Shown here piece by piece: positions 39,300 to 51,553 of a stretch of DNA of 64,000 nucleotides; within the stretch, counting starts at the first letter, position 1; each line of letters opens with the position of its first letter. This stretch comes from Octopus vulgaris (taxonomy: Eukaryota): NCBI GenBank assembly GCA_951406725.2, contig OX597814.1, forward strand, positions 22,878,001-22,942,000. Direction: 5' to 3'. Position numbers and translations under genes: made by a program. Below the pieces are notes generated by a model. That model saw nothing but the letters and a program-made list of their open reading frames with translations, ran no database searches and was not told where the DNA came from.

Positions 39300-41030
39300 T
39301 ACTAGTGACATAGAAATCTGGAGAGAGAGTTCATAGTGGATGTTGCAAGCTCTTTCATGAAAATGGAACACAATATTTGAAGGATCAGAAAGGATGCTAA
39401 ACATAATCACAAGGAACTAATGATTTGTATATTAACAAAATGATACTTCAGCTAATGAATAATAGGAAGCAAGACCTATTAATAAGATGAATTGATAGAG
39501 AAAATCATATAATATAATATTCTGTTATTGGCACCCGGGGTGTTTGAAAATATTTGGTATATATAATGTAAAACTTTCAAAGTATACACAAAGTCTCACT
39601 GAATCAAAGGGGCATGTAATACTGAAATTAAAAGAAGTATTATATCAGCAAATTCTTTCTCACAAGCTTTATATCATATTGCTTTGAACCAAATTTAATT
39701 AAGGAATATCTAATGATCCTGTATTACTGCAATCGTTACTCTAAATATAAGGAGCTACATGCCAGAAGATTGTCATAATTGCAAGCAGAAATATTCGGAT
39801 ACCATGGGCTATGGAAAAAGTTTGTGATAGGAAGAGGAAATGAGTAATATTTGTAAGAATCCACCTTCTAGTTAATGAACGAATATGCTATCAAAGGGAA
39901 GTGAGAAATATATTTGGATATATCACAAAATAACAAGTTGAAGCAGATGGAAATGAAAGGTAAAGTTCGAAAATGAGGCAAAAGGAGGATCAAAGAGATC
40001 TTAGAAGTAAAAATAGATGTATGGAACCCCATTAAAGTGGTAAAATCTGGGACAAAACCTGTAATAAAATATTCTGAAGCCTTTCTTGCAAGGACGGAAA
40101 AAAATTATATGAAAAGTATAGACATAGCAAAACATTATTAACAATGCACAGTGGCTTAAATCCATGAAGCAATCTTTGTAGATAGCTCATACAAAAAAAA
40201 AGAAAAACCCCCAAAAAAGCAAAATGAGAGACAATTGGCCACTGAATGTAACAAACACAGAACACATAGTAATTAGGGAACTATGTTAGAAAAATGTTAG
40301 GAGGGTGAAAAGATAACTATATATTGAGCCATGAAGGTTCGTACATACAGAGAGAAATATAAGAAGAGGAAAAGTTTACTACTAAAAGAAAGAAAAAAGA
40401 TAATAGCGAATTATCAAATAAAGAAAACTAAAAATAAAATATTTGACTTGGCTGGAATAGGGAATTTTAAAGAGGTAAAAAAAAAATCCTGAGTTTGGCT
40501 GCACAAGAGCAAACCAAACATTATTAAAACAGAATCAAACAGAAACCAGAAATATAATAAATGATGAATATAGATGAATTTATCAACCATATATTTTGTA
40601 AATGCAGCAAGATGCTTCAAAAAGTATAGAATATACAATATAATAAGAAGGAAGTTATACAGAGAGTTTAGCAGAAAATTGTCAATATCTCTAGTCAGAA
40701 TATGTTGTGAAATTTTTCAAGCAAATTCATGTTACACAGGAGTAGATATAATCATAAAACATGGCTGTACCATGTGATAGCAGAAGCAAATAAAATAGAA
40801 TAGAAAGAAATATGACAGCCAGAAGATTGAAAAGAATCTAGAATTTACTAAACAATGAAAAATAAAACTCTGAGCTATGTGAATGAGAGTTATTCCTGTA
40901 GACATAATACCATTGGTATGAATATCAAAGTGGTTTGGTGAGAGGCTGGAAGATATCGGAATTGATATCCTGTACCTTACAAGAATGGTTATCTTGTATT
41001 CTGCATGAATACTTGACAAAGTCATGTAGA
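39300..41030 (+). mobile_element. Ancient R4/Dong-like LINE remnant
   Basis: Residual RIKEILE, TLLTMHSGLNP and similar motifs; strongly A-biased; followed by (CTA/TAA)n. Confidence 0.5.
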
Positions 41031-41109
41031 AGGCTGGCAAACTATTAACTATTATGACACTACTTATATAATTCAGATGGAAAAGTTTTAACAATATCAC
41101 CACCACCCA

Positions 41110-41380
<271 letters not shown>

Positions 41381-41383
41381 CGG

Positions 41384-41938
41384 TCTGATGCAGTACCAGG
41401 CAGTTGGCATTCATGGCTTCTGATCTTAACTGATTGGAAGTGTTATTATGCACATTGTTTTGTCTTGGTACAAAAGATTGGCTGCAGCAAATATTCTGCT
41501 CAATACCACAGAATTGCTTGTCAATTGTTTGACTTTAACCAGTTGAGCATGTCCCTTAGTGGCTAATGATATGTGCATCTCTGATCATGAGAAGACGTAG
41601 TTGGGGAGCATCATAGCTATGTGCTAAGAGGAATACTATGGGGTTTGGATAATTCAGCTTTGGAAAAATGGGTGTTTTGTTCACCATCTTTAATTAACCC
41701 TTATTCAGGGACCTTTTGAGTGGGATGGGCTACTTGGCCTGAAGAAACTTCCAACTGGGCCCCATCTGCAAGGTCAAGTGCTCTTTATCTTGATATGAGA
41801 TAACCATGTCATGCATATATGGTTGTGATGCATGTGCCTAGCGTACCCATATCAAACGGATAGTCATGAGGGGTATACTGGGCTTTGCATATTTTACTCC
41901 AGTGTCACTTTGATGGCATGCACTGCTCTCTCACTCAC

Positions 41939-41985
<47 letters not shown>
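41384..41985 (+). mobile_element. Family C ~555-bp non-coding retroposon-like element with (TAA)n tail
   Basis: ctgatgcagtaccaggca...gcactgctctctcactc(AAT)n. Confidence 0.8.
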
Positions 41986-42077
41986 GTTTCAAGTCTTGCC
42001 ATAAGGGCAGCAGTTTTAGGGGAGAGGATGAGTCGATTACATCGATCTCAGTGTTCAGCTGGTACTTATTCTATTCC

Positions 42078-42622
42078 CTGATGCAGTACCAGGCACTGGC
42101 TCTCATGGGGTCTGATCTTAACTGATTAGAAGTGATATCATTATGTATATTTTGTCTTGTTATAAAACTACAGCAATTATTCTGCTCAATACTACAGATT
42201 TACTTATCAGTTGTTTGACCATAAGCAGTTGAGCATGTCCCTTAGTGGCTGACGATATGTGCATCTCTGATCATGAGCAGAAGTAGTGGGGGAGCATCAT
42301 AGCCATGTGTTAAGAGGAATAATATGGGGTTTGAATAATTCATCTCTGAAAACACAGGTGGTTTCGTTCAACATCCTTAAACATCCCTTATTCAGGATTT
42401 TTTGAGTGAGATAGGATATTCAACCTGAAGAAAATTCTAACTGGGCCCCACCTGCAACGTTATGCACTGTTTATCTTGATATGAGATCACCATGTTGTGC
42501 ACATCTAGTTGTGATGCATGTGCCTAGTGCACCCTTATCAGACAGGTAGTCATGATGGGTATACTGGGCTTTGTATATTTTACCACAGTGTCACTGTGAT
42601 GGCATGCACTGCTTTCTCACTC

Positions 42623-42679
<57 letters not shown>
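42078..42679 (+). mobile_element. Family C element, second full copy
   Basis: Collinear with 41384-41985, with the same 5' start. Confidence 0.8.
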
Positions 42680-43240
42680 CCTTTCTAGTAAAGGAAAAAG
42701 GCCTGAAATTTGAGAGGAGGGGATTAGTCAATTACATTGACCGCAGTGTTTAACTGGTACTTAACTTATCGACCCCGAAAGGATGAAAGGCAAAGTCGAC
42801 CATAACGGAATTTGAACTGAGAATGTGAAGACAGAAGAAATGCGGCTAAGCAGTTCACCTGGTGGGCTAACAATTCTGCCAGCTCGCCACTATTAATAAT
42901 AATAATAATCTACAAGGCCTGAAATTTAGGGGAGGGGCATAGTTGATACATGAACCCCAGTACTTGGCTGGTACTTAATTTATCGACCCCAAAAGGATGA
43001 AATACAAAGTCAACCTTTGTGAAATTTGAACTCAGAACATAAAGATGGGCGAAATACTGCTAAGCATTTTTGTCTGCCAAGGCCTGAAATTTGGAGGAGG
43101 ATTAGTCAATTACATCGACCCCAGTGTTTCCTTGGTACTTGATTTATCGACCCTGAAATGATCAAAGGCAAAGTCGATCTTGGTGTAATTTGAACTTAGA
43201 ATGTAGACAGACGAAATAATACTAATCATTTTGCCTGGAT
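42679..43240 (-). mobile_element. Three consecutive family B SINEs
   Basis: Three aaggcctgaaattt..atcgaccc..aaagtc..tttgaact units. Confidence 0.8.
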
Positions 43241-43569
43241 AAAATTATATTTTTATCTTTCCTCCTCTATATCATCACTACCTTCAACTAACTTTCCTTA
43301 CCACATACTAAATATTACGTTCTCCCTAATTCCCGTCACAGACGCTTTTCTCTCCCTCTTTTTCTCTCTCTGTCTGTTTATCTTTCCTTCTTTTTCTTCC
43401 TTTCACTTTCTTTCTCACTTTCTTCTTTACTGTCAACTAATCTCATGAAAGTGTTACTCACAATCTCTCTACCACACGCCATGTACACTTCTCTCTTCCT
43501 TTTTTCTCTCTATCCCTTTTCCTTCTCCTTCTTTTTCTCTAATCATGTGAAAGCGTTTTCATTATTATA

Positions 43570-44850
43570 TGATCATCATCTTCATCTAGTGTTTTAAATC
43601 CAGGTGTTTTTCTGTTAACGGGGGTAACTGGATCTATCTCAATGCCATAGCAACCACCCTCACACTATCTCACCATCTTGCCCAGTTTTGAACATCTTCT
43701 TTTTTTCAAACCAACCCTCCCAATCTCCTCCACCTGTTTCCTTAGTCTACCTTGCTTTTGCACTCCATTTACCTCAAATGCAATCACCCTCTTCAGAACA
43801 TGCTCTTCATCCCTCCTCAACACATCCCCATATCACCTCACTCCATTTGCCCTTGCCAACCATTCCACTGATTCCTCCAACCCCAGCATTCTCCATTCCC
43901 ATCAAATCCTCTTATCAAACAGCTTCACCCCACACATTTCTCTCACCATTACTCTCTCAGTCCTTCTCAAAATTACCCTCTCTCTCTCCCTCAGACACCA
44001 TGTCTCACTCCCATACAGTATTGCAGCACTCACACAACTCTTATAGACTCTTCCTTTCATCTTTAATGAGAACCTTTTCCCATATAACAATGCTTCACAT
44101 TCCCTGAACTTCACCTAACCAAGTCTCGCTCTTGCTGTCACAGCTGCTTCACATCCACCACTTACATCCACCCTATCTCCAAAATAACAAAACCCTCTCA
44201 CCATTTCCACCTCATCTCATTGCCTTTCCAATGGTTCTGCCAGCCCTCCAGCTCCTTTTTCACCCCTTGCACAAACAAACTCTCTTGCCAGTCATCTTCA
44301 TTTTCGTACACCTACCATGAATCCATTTCTCACATCTCGTACACAACACTGCATACACCACATGGATCCAGCTTACTCACTAACACTTCTCCTTCCACCC
44401 CACTCACTATCACCTTTGTCTTTCTGAGGTTTACCTTCAAATCCTTGCTTTCAAATGCCTCCCTCCATTTTCAAAACTTCTCCCTCAATCCCTCCATCAT
44501 CTCATTCATCAGAACACAGTCATTCACACGCAGTCTCTCCATTATCAATCCCTCTCTTGCACTCTCCATCGCCACATCAGTCTCTATTGCAAACAACAAC
44601 GGTGACAACACAGATCCCTGATGCACACCAACTTTCACCACAAACTTCTCTGACTGCTCTGATCCAATTCTAACTTTTGTGTTTATCCCCTCATACAAAC
44701 TCATCACTGCCCCCACTATTACCTCTAGTACACCTCTCTTCCTCAATACCCACTCAATCACCTTCCTCGGAACCTTCTCAAATGCTTTCTCCAGATCAAT
44801 GAAGCACATGTACACTGTATCTATTGTCCCACTACCTGGCATAAGACCAA
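43570..44850 (-). mobile_element. Decayed RTE-clade LINE (second subfamily), RT region
   Basis: FGLMPGSGTID, YMCFIDLEKAF, VGVHQGSVLSPLLF, AAILYGSETW. Confidence 0.85.
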
Positions 44851-45371
44851 ATTCAGTATTAAAGAAAATTAGGAGCATGACTGTTAAATATTATCAATTA
44901 GTTATAAATGTATAGTGTAATTATAATGTCTTCATTTTTATGTTGTAAATTTATTTTATGTTATTGAGACCTGAAGAGTGGCTATGTATCGTTGGATCAA
45001 AGAAATATTGATTTTTGAGATTATCGATTTTGATATTGTAGATTTGTATACATAGTCATGAAATGCACGTCATCATTTTAATGTGTATTTTTTAATGTTT
45101 ATTATTTAGTATAGAAATTTTTAGTACAATATTAATAATAATGTCATTTTAAGTCATTTTAATGTGTATTTTGATAATGTATATTATTTCGTATAGAAAT
45201 GTTTAGTAGAACATTAATAATAATGTAGTTTTAATGTGTATTAATTAGTATAGAAATTTTTAGTACAATGTTAATAATAATATATTTAAATTTATATTTT
45301 ATTATAGCCTCTGTCGCAGCCTCTGGTTCTTTCATTATTAATTGAATTGCTTAATGGGGGTTCTGTCTCTT

Positions 45372-45375
<4 letters not shown>
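44850..45375 (+). mobile_element. Penelope-like terminal region: hammerhead relic, AT-rich ~60-80-bp tandem units, end abutting (TC)n(TA)n
   Basis: Hammerhead at 44968-45074; 3 imperfect ttttaatgtgtatt..gtatagaaat..ttaataataat units; terminus gaattgcttaatg..tctcttaatt related to 61691-61725. Confidence 0.55.
44968..45074 (+). ncRNA. CpG-decayed hammerhead ribozyme with long helix II
   Basis: GAC-CTGAAGA-GTGGCTATGTAT...ATACATAGTCAT-GAAA-TGCAC-GTC-ATC. Confidence 0.7.
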
Positions 45376-45427
<52 letters not shown>

Positions 45428-45428
<1 letters not shown>

Positions 45429-45630
45429 GTTAATCCAAACAAGAAAACACATAAAAACACAACAACGCGAGGACGTGGAACAAATATAGTATTATTAGAC
45501 GCTCAGGAAAGGAGGAAAGAAGGAGGGTTTAACGTTTCGAGCAGAGCTCTTCGTTGGAAACATAGGAGAAGGAAAGATCCAGAGAAGGGAAGACAAAGGA
45601 AAAAAAAAATCGCCAACGGTACACACGAGG
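45428..45630 (-). mobile_element. Penelope-like terminal repeat with minimal hammerhead (45527-45561)
   Basis: GTTT-CCAACGA-AGAGCTCTGCTC-GAAAC-GTT-AAAC; abuts (TA)n. Confidence 0.7.
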
Positions 45631-45709
45631 GAAATATACACTTGAATTTTCTTTTCATTTTACAAGTTTTGCTGTGATTTAGTCTTTTTCCATTCTTATT
45701 TTTATCTCT

Positions 45710-46740
45710 TTATCACAGGTTTTGTTGGAGCTCCTGGAGTCTTGCATGTAGAACGAGCTTATTTCCTGCAGCTTATGGTACAATGCTAGCCATTACACTG
45801 TCTGTTTTGTCCTTTATAATCATATTTGGTCTTTTGCTTTAATAGTTTGGTCAGTATTTATGTAATTTTTGTTCTCTGTCGCAGCCTCTGGTCCATGTTC
45901 ATACTGTTATTTCGAAGTTACACCCTGGTCTAATATGCCAATGCACTTTTTATCTACATAGTCATGTCTGCACTTATGTTCTTTTTGTGCTAGTATACTG
46001 CAATCATTCAAGAGTTGATCAATGCTTTTGTCTCCTTTCCTGTAGATTCTACATTTGCTGTCCAGTTGAGCTTGTCGATCTTTGCCAGTATCAGATTTGT
46101 TCTAAAGGCTAATTTCTGAGTGGCTATACTTACTGCTTTGGTCTTTGTTTTCAGGTTTTCATTCGTCAGTAAGATCCAGCAATCTTTGCTTCCAACATTC
46201 TCAGATTGTTGCATGAATTAACCTCATAATTCCATTTCTTTCCATTTTATTGCTCTGCAGTTCTTACCTGTATTCTTGAATTCTCCAACTGTTTCAGTAG
46301 CACTTTGGGCATCTCTAGCAGCCTATAGTGTTCTTACTTCATTCAATACAACATAAATTTTCAACCCCAATATCACATTCCAACAATATCTTGTATGATT
46401 TCTAATCCTCTGCTTCCTTCCTTCGTGTGTAGGTATTACTTTTAGGTTGGTATGTGTTGTGCATTTTGAACAGCTTTCTAGCTCTTCTGTTCATGTTCTG
46501 TTACTTAACTTTTGTCCATTTCAGAGACGGAGCACAGTATCTCACTACTGGCAAAGCCCAAGTATTTATGGCTATGATATTATTTCCATTATTTAATTTT
46601 ATTTTAAGCAGCTTCCTAATTCTCCTCTAATACTCATTAGAGAATATCTCATTTCTTCTTCCATTATCCTATCGTTTTGCAGTACTCGTAGGTATTTGCA
46701 TCCCTCATTATTCTGTTCTTGTTACTGTGATTGTATGTGT
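45710..46740 (-). mobile_element. R4/Dong-like LINE 3' fragment
   Basis: 45715-45790 is the reverse complement of the 3' UTR at ~20300-20380; YKYL-like and INTWA remnants. Confidence 0.7.
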
Positions 46741-48254
46741 TGCGATAGTGGATTTATTGTCGTTACCTGGTTTGATTAGGCAATTGTCCTTAGATTAAGA
46801 AAGCCTTCAAATATCCTTCCTGTCTGCAATTATAATATTTTGGCATTCTGTTCACATCTTCACATTCCATTATTTTAGAAAGAAAACCTTTGGAATATTT
46901 ACATGTATGATCAACAGATTCAGCGTGTTTGGTATAACATTTTAAAAGTTAAATACAGCCACTGCCATAGGTGAATCCATAAAAAAGGCTTTTAACTTTC
47001 ATGCACCTTTTCACTGTATAATATAGTATGAAGAAGAATTGATCTGAGACATGTAGAACTGTAGAATGTATTTTGCATTGGTCCCACTTGCGTACATCAT
47101 TTCTATTTCTCCATGCTGTGTTTGTGATCGTTAGAAAACTTACAGCGCCCGTTATTTCCTTCAGACAATGTAAGAAATCAATATAAATGACTCGTTATAG
47201 TTTATTTATGACATCTATTATTATTTCAGAGGAAATAATAATGTATTATAAATAAAAATCACCATATCTCTATAAACCTCATTCCATTTGGCAGCATTTT
47301 GAACGAGTGAAAAGGGAACGAATTATGCAACCACTTAGATAAACGTTCAGCATTGAACTTTCTCTGTCTTTTTATTGTTCCCACGTGAATAAGATTTATT
47401 CACTAATAAAAGATAGATCTACTCGTTTTACTATCTGACAATTGATTGCAACATCTCAATAACACTCTAAGGCAATGGGGACACAGATTAAGAACTGCTG
47501 CATTAAGACAGCTAGAATTTAGGAGCGTGTTAGCATGCTTAATGCATGTAACTAGAAATAAATATGCAGTGAGACAAAAATTAATATTTTTTGATGATTA
47601 TTAACATAACTTTTTTATTGATTATTAATACCACTTTTTCATTTTCCTATGGTGACTAATTTCGGTTGTTTCTTCTCTTTTTTGTTATCATCAGCAAAAT
47701 ATAATCAATCTTTGATTGCTTTACTAGTGCTGAATGATTCACCTAGAAAGTGTAGAGAAGTATATTAGAGCCATTCTATACAATCACTGAATTTCCTAGA
47801 AATAAAGAGACAAATCTCTTTCGAATCACATTTTACTATCTCAAAAGGAAAAAAAAAGGAGGGGAAATTGGATTATCTAATCACTGATATACAGCGACAG
47901 GATGAACATAACCAGAAAACTTCCTTCAAAATCTTGTTTTATCAGGATTGAGTTGGATCTAAACAATATCAGTAGTAACAAATGTCTTTCTTTTTTTTTT
48001 GTACAGAAGTAAAATTCGTTCAGAAATTTTAAAAATCCAATGATGCCCCTGCATTAAAAACGTTAGGTCGATGGGTCTTTGAATATTCAATACACAAAAA
48101 AAGGCGGGTCAAATATTATCCACACTTTCACAAAATCTTTCTTTAGATCGGCTGCTCTGCTTTCAGTGCTCTTGTACTAAAAGCCGATACTCTAGTGGTT
48201 ACGTAATCGAGATTTAACCATGATCACTCCAGTTTTTCTTTTTGTGTTGCAGAG

Positions 48255-48790
48255 TAAACATGACTGCTCTGCTGGCAGAATGGACCAAGGGAGAACAGAT
48301 CAGTGATCTGATTTGTCTGATCTGAAGTTGTGTCAGAAAAAGAAATTCATTGCAGGCTTTCAGTACAATATGGGGAAAGTGCTCTACTGTGGAGTAGTAT
48401 GAGTGGATCAAGAAGTTTTTAAATGACCTTACAAGTGTGAAGCATCCATCACCCTCCATCACTGATATGAAGGTTTAACAAATATGAGAGATGGTTCTGG
48501 TGAACCATCAACTGACCATTGATGAAGAGACATGTTATATGCAAACTAGTCATGGTTCTGTATAATAAATGACCCCCAAATGATTCGTAAAGTCTGTGCA
48601 AGATGGGGGTCAAGATATCATACTGAAGCACATGAGCACAATCATGTGGAGATCTGTCAGTGCTTACTTGACCACTACAACGATGACGATGAGATGAGAC
48701 CTGAGTCCATCACTTTGAAAGCCAGGATCCAAAAGGCAGTGTACAGAGTGCAAACATCTGGAGTAGCCAGTGAAAATGAAATTCATGACT
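48255..48790 (+). mobile_element. Mariner transposase N-terminal remnant
   Basis: YEWIKKF, RKVCARW, DET*VHHF motifs. Confidence 0.65.
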
Positions 48791-49702
48791 CCCCCTCCAC
48801 CCCCACCGCAATCAACCTCCCGAGTCATGAAATTCCTAACTCAAACTGCTGCAGCTTTGATGGTAGCTCATAAGACATCTTTTGACATAAATTGGCGTCC
48901 ATCAGCATAAACATCATGTTTAATGATGGACCTATAACAGCTTCTAATGTCCAGTTGTCACCAACTATAACTGCTAACTGTTGTAAGTATATATGTCATC
49001 AGTTATAAACATTAGGTTTGGCTGCATTTTGACAAGTTACAGGTTATGATCGTTCATATAGATTTGAGTATAATTATGTATACATATATAATATATATAC
49101 ATATTGGTAAACATTGCTCTGTCTTAATGACCTAGTTGTGAGAAGGAGTATGCAGAACACATATGTGTAATATATACTTTTAGCCATGCTCAACATATAT
49201 GTTGAAGAAAATCGACATTTCACTTGCATGGTTATACGATAGTTCAAATAGGATAAGAAAGTGTGTTCGATAGCAAGATGGAAATAACTGTGGAAGTAAA
49301 TTTAAGAAGTTATGTTTATTCTGAAAATGTTATTTAGTTTCATCATACTGGGTTGACTGTATTTTCTCGTATTGACAACAGTTTGAATATATCTCCATAG
49401 GGGTGCATGCAAATTAATCTTAAACTAATTCATTTTTCCTTATTAACATACGATGAGAGTTCATACACATTATACAAAAGAGAAGAATGGACTAGATTTA
49501 ACCCTAATCATTTATCTACAGAAAGTAGTAAAAATATAAACAGTGAATTCCTCATGACATAATCATGATGGAAAAATTGTAGTACATAATATATTTGAAG
49601 TAAACATTTTAAAAAGGCATCTGTCATGAGAATGATGACAGGATCTAGCTAGTTCTTTAAACTACACTATCAGGTTGAGAATAGTGTTACATGAATAATG
49701 GA

Positions 49703-50144
49703 CAATGCAAAACAGCATTGTAGAAATGAGTGATAAGGTCCCATGTGTCAACCAAGTGTCACTAAGTCATTTCCCAAAAATCTGGGTTTAAATAACTTCT
49801 GTAAACCCAATCCTAGACGGCGTTTTCCATTAGAAAGAACATTGTCATGGGGAACAATAAAATTGACCTATGAAAAACTATAAGACATTTATAAATAAAA
49901 GACAGCCAATACAAATATTACGTCAATGCAAAACAGCATTGTAGAAATGAGTGATAAGGTCCCATGTGTCAACCAAGTGTCACTAAGTCATTTCCCAAAA
50001 ATCTGGGTTTAAATAACTTCTGTAAACCCAATCCTAGACGGCGTTTTCCATTAGAAGGAACATTGTCATGGGGAACAATAAAATTGACCTATGAAAAACT
50101 ATAAGACATTTATAAATAAAAGACAGCCAATACAAATATTACGT
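49703..50144. repeat. 221-bp tandem duplication (1 mismatch seen)
   Basis: 49703-49923 versus 49924-50144. Confidence 0.95.
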
Positions 50145-50830
50145 CATACTGCTGTTGCTAAAGTCTATAACCACTATAGACCAAAGATTTTTGATCGGTT
50201 TGAGATCCAGAGATGCTGGCAGCCACACTATCAACCTTTCACCTTGTATGTCATAAGACCCTAGTAATGTTTGGGTGCTCCTAGCAGAGTGGGAGGGAGC
50301 ACTGTCATGCATGAATACGAGATTCCTTAGAAGTGACAGTGATATGTCATCTAGTCAGGGATCCAAGACTTCTTTCAGGAGATTGCAGTAGGCAGCTGTG
50401 GTCACTTTAACCCCTTCAGGCACCCTGCCTGGGCCACCAAGTCTGTTCCCAATGATACCAGCCTACAACATGATTCCTCCACCCTATTGCTGACATCGTA
50501 AACATTGGTGATGTCCATCTTCAAAATAGACCCAACCATTTGCCCAACCGTCAAGTCTGTCAAGGGTCACCCTGGTTTTGTCAGTGAACGAACACAACTC
50601 ATGTCTAACATCATGTACTTTTGAGCCCATTGAAGCCTCAAACTCCTGTGATGGGGCATTAAAGGAGGCAGTTTCAGGGAATCTCACATGAAAGCCATGG
50701 TCCCGAGGATACGATTTCTGGTGGTGTTTTGGTACATGAATCCAGAGGCAGTGAAAATGGCTTTGCTTGTTTGTCCAGGTTTCCCACGTAATATGCAGCC
50801 AATATTCCTTAAATCCAATATTCCTGAAAT
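49981..50830 (-). mobile_element. Tc1-like DD37E (TRT-type) transposon remnant
   Basis: FTDKTRVTLDRLDGW and FMHD-x37-K(E) in WLPASLDLKPIKNLWSI. Confidence 0.75.
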
Positions 50831-51257
50831 CACTAAAATTTCTTCAAGATGGTGCCCCAGCATGGCCGCAGTCTAATGACTTAAAGAAATAAAAAGTAAA
50901 AAGTAAAAATATAAAACATATAACAGAATGATTTAGTTAAGCAATAATATGTAACACAAACAGGAATTACATTGTTTCCTACATCAATATATATTATTTA
51001 TAGTAATCAATGTGGTGGTTAGTCCTTTACTTTCTGAGTTCAAATCCTGCCAAAGCCAACTTTGCTTTTCTTTCTGCCAGTGTTAGATAAAATAACGTAC
51101 TAATCAAGTAGAGTTGATTAAGTTAACTGCCCATTTGTAGCAATGTCAATTAGCTAGCATTTGTACAAAAGAATACAAGCCTCTGTCAGTCTGTGAGGCT
51201 TCAGTTGATGGTGAAGTGGCAAATCTGTTTGAGTATACTGCCATCACGTCAATAGTT

Positions 51258-51553
51258 TCCTTCTTGAGCCATGCCTGGCTCATAAGGGCCAGTTTCCCGG
51301 TTTCTTTGGTGTATAGGTTCCCCACCTGGATGGGACGCTGGTCCGTCGCAAGTGAGCTGCAAGATGCAGGAGGAAAGAATGAGAGAAAATTGTGGTGAAA
51401 GAGTCAGCAGAAGTTCGCTCTTGCCTTCTGCCAGAGCCGCGTGGAGCTTAGGTGTTTCGTTCATAAACACACACATCGCCCGGTCTCAGATTCAAACCCA
51501 CAATCCCTCGACCATGAGTCTGCTACTCTAACTACTAGGCCATGTGCCTCCAC
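51258..51553 (-). mobile_element. tRNA-headed SINE family D (V-domain-like) with TSD
   Basis: Head tgtggaggcacatggcctagtagttagag; gacggaccagcgtcccatccagg; cac(g/a)tcaatagtt at 51245-51257 and 51553-51565. Confidence 0.8.
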
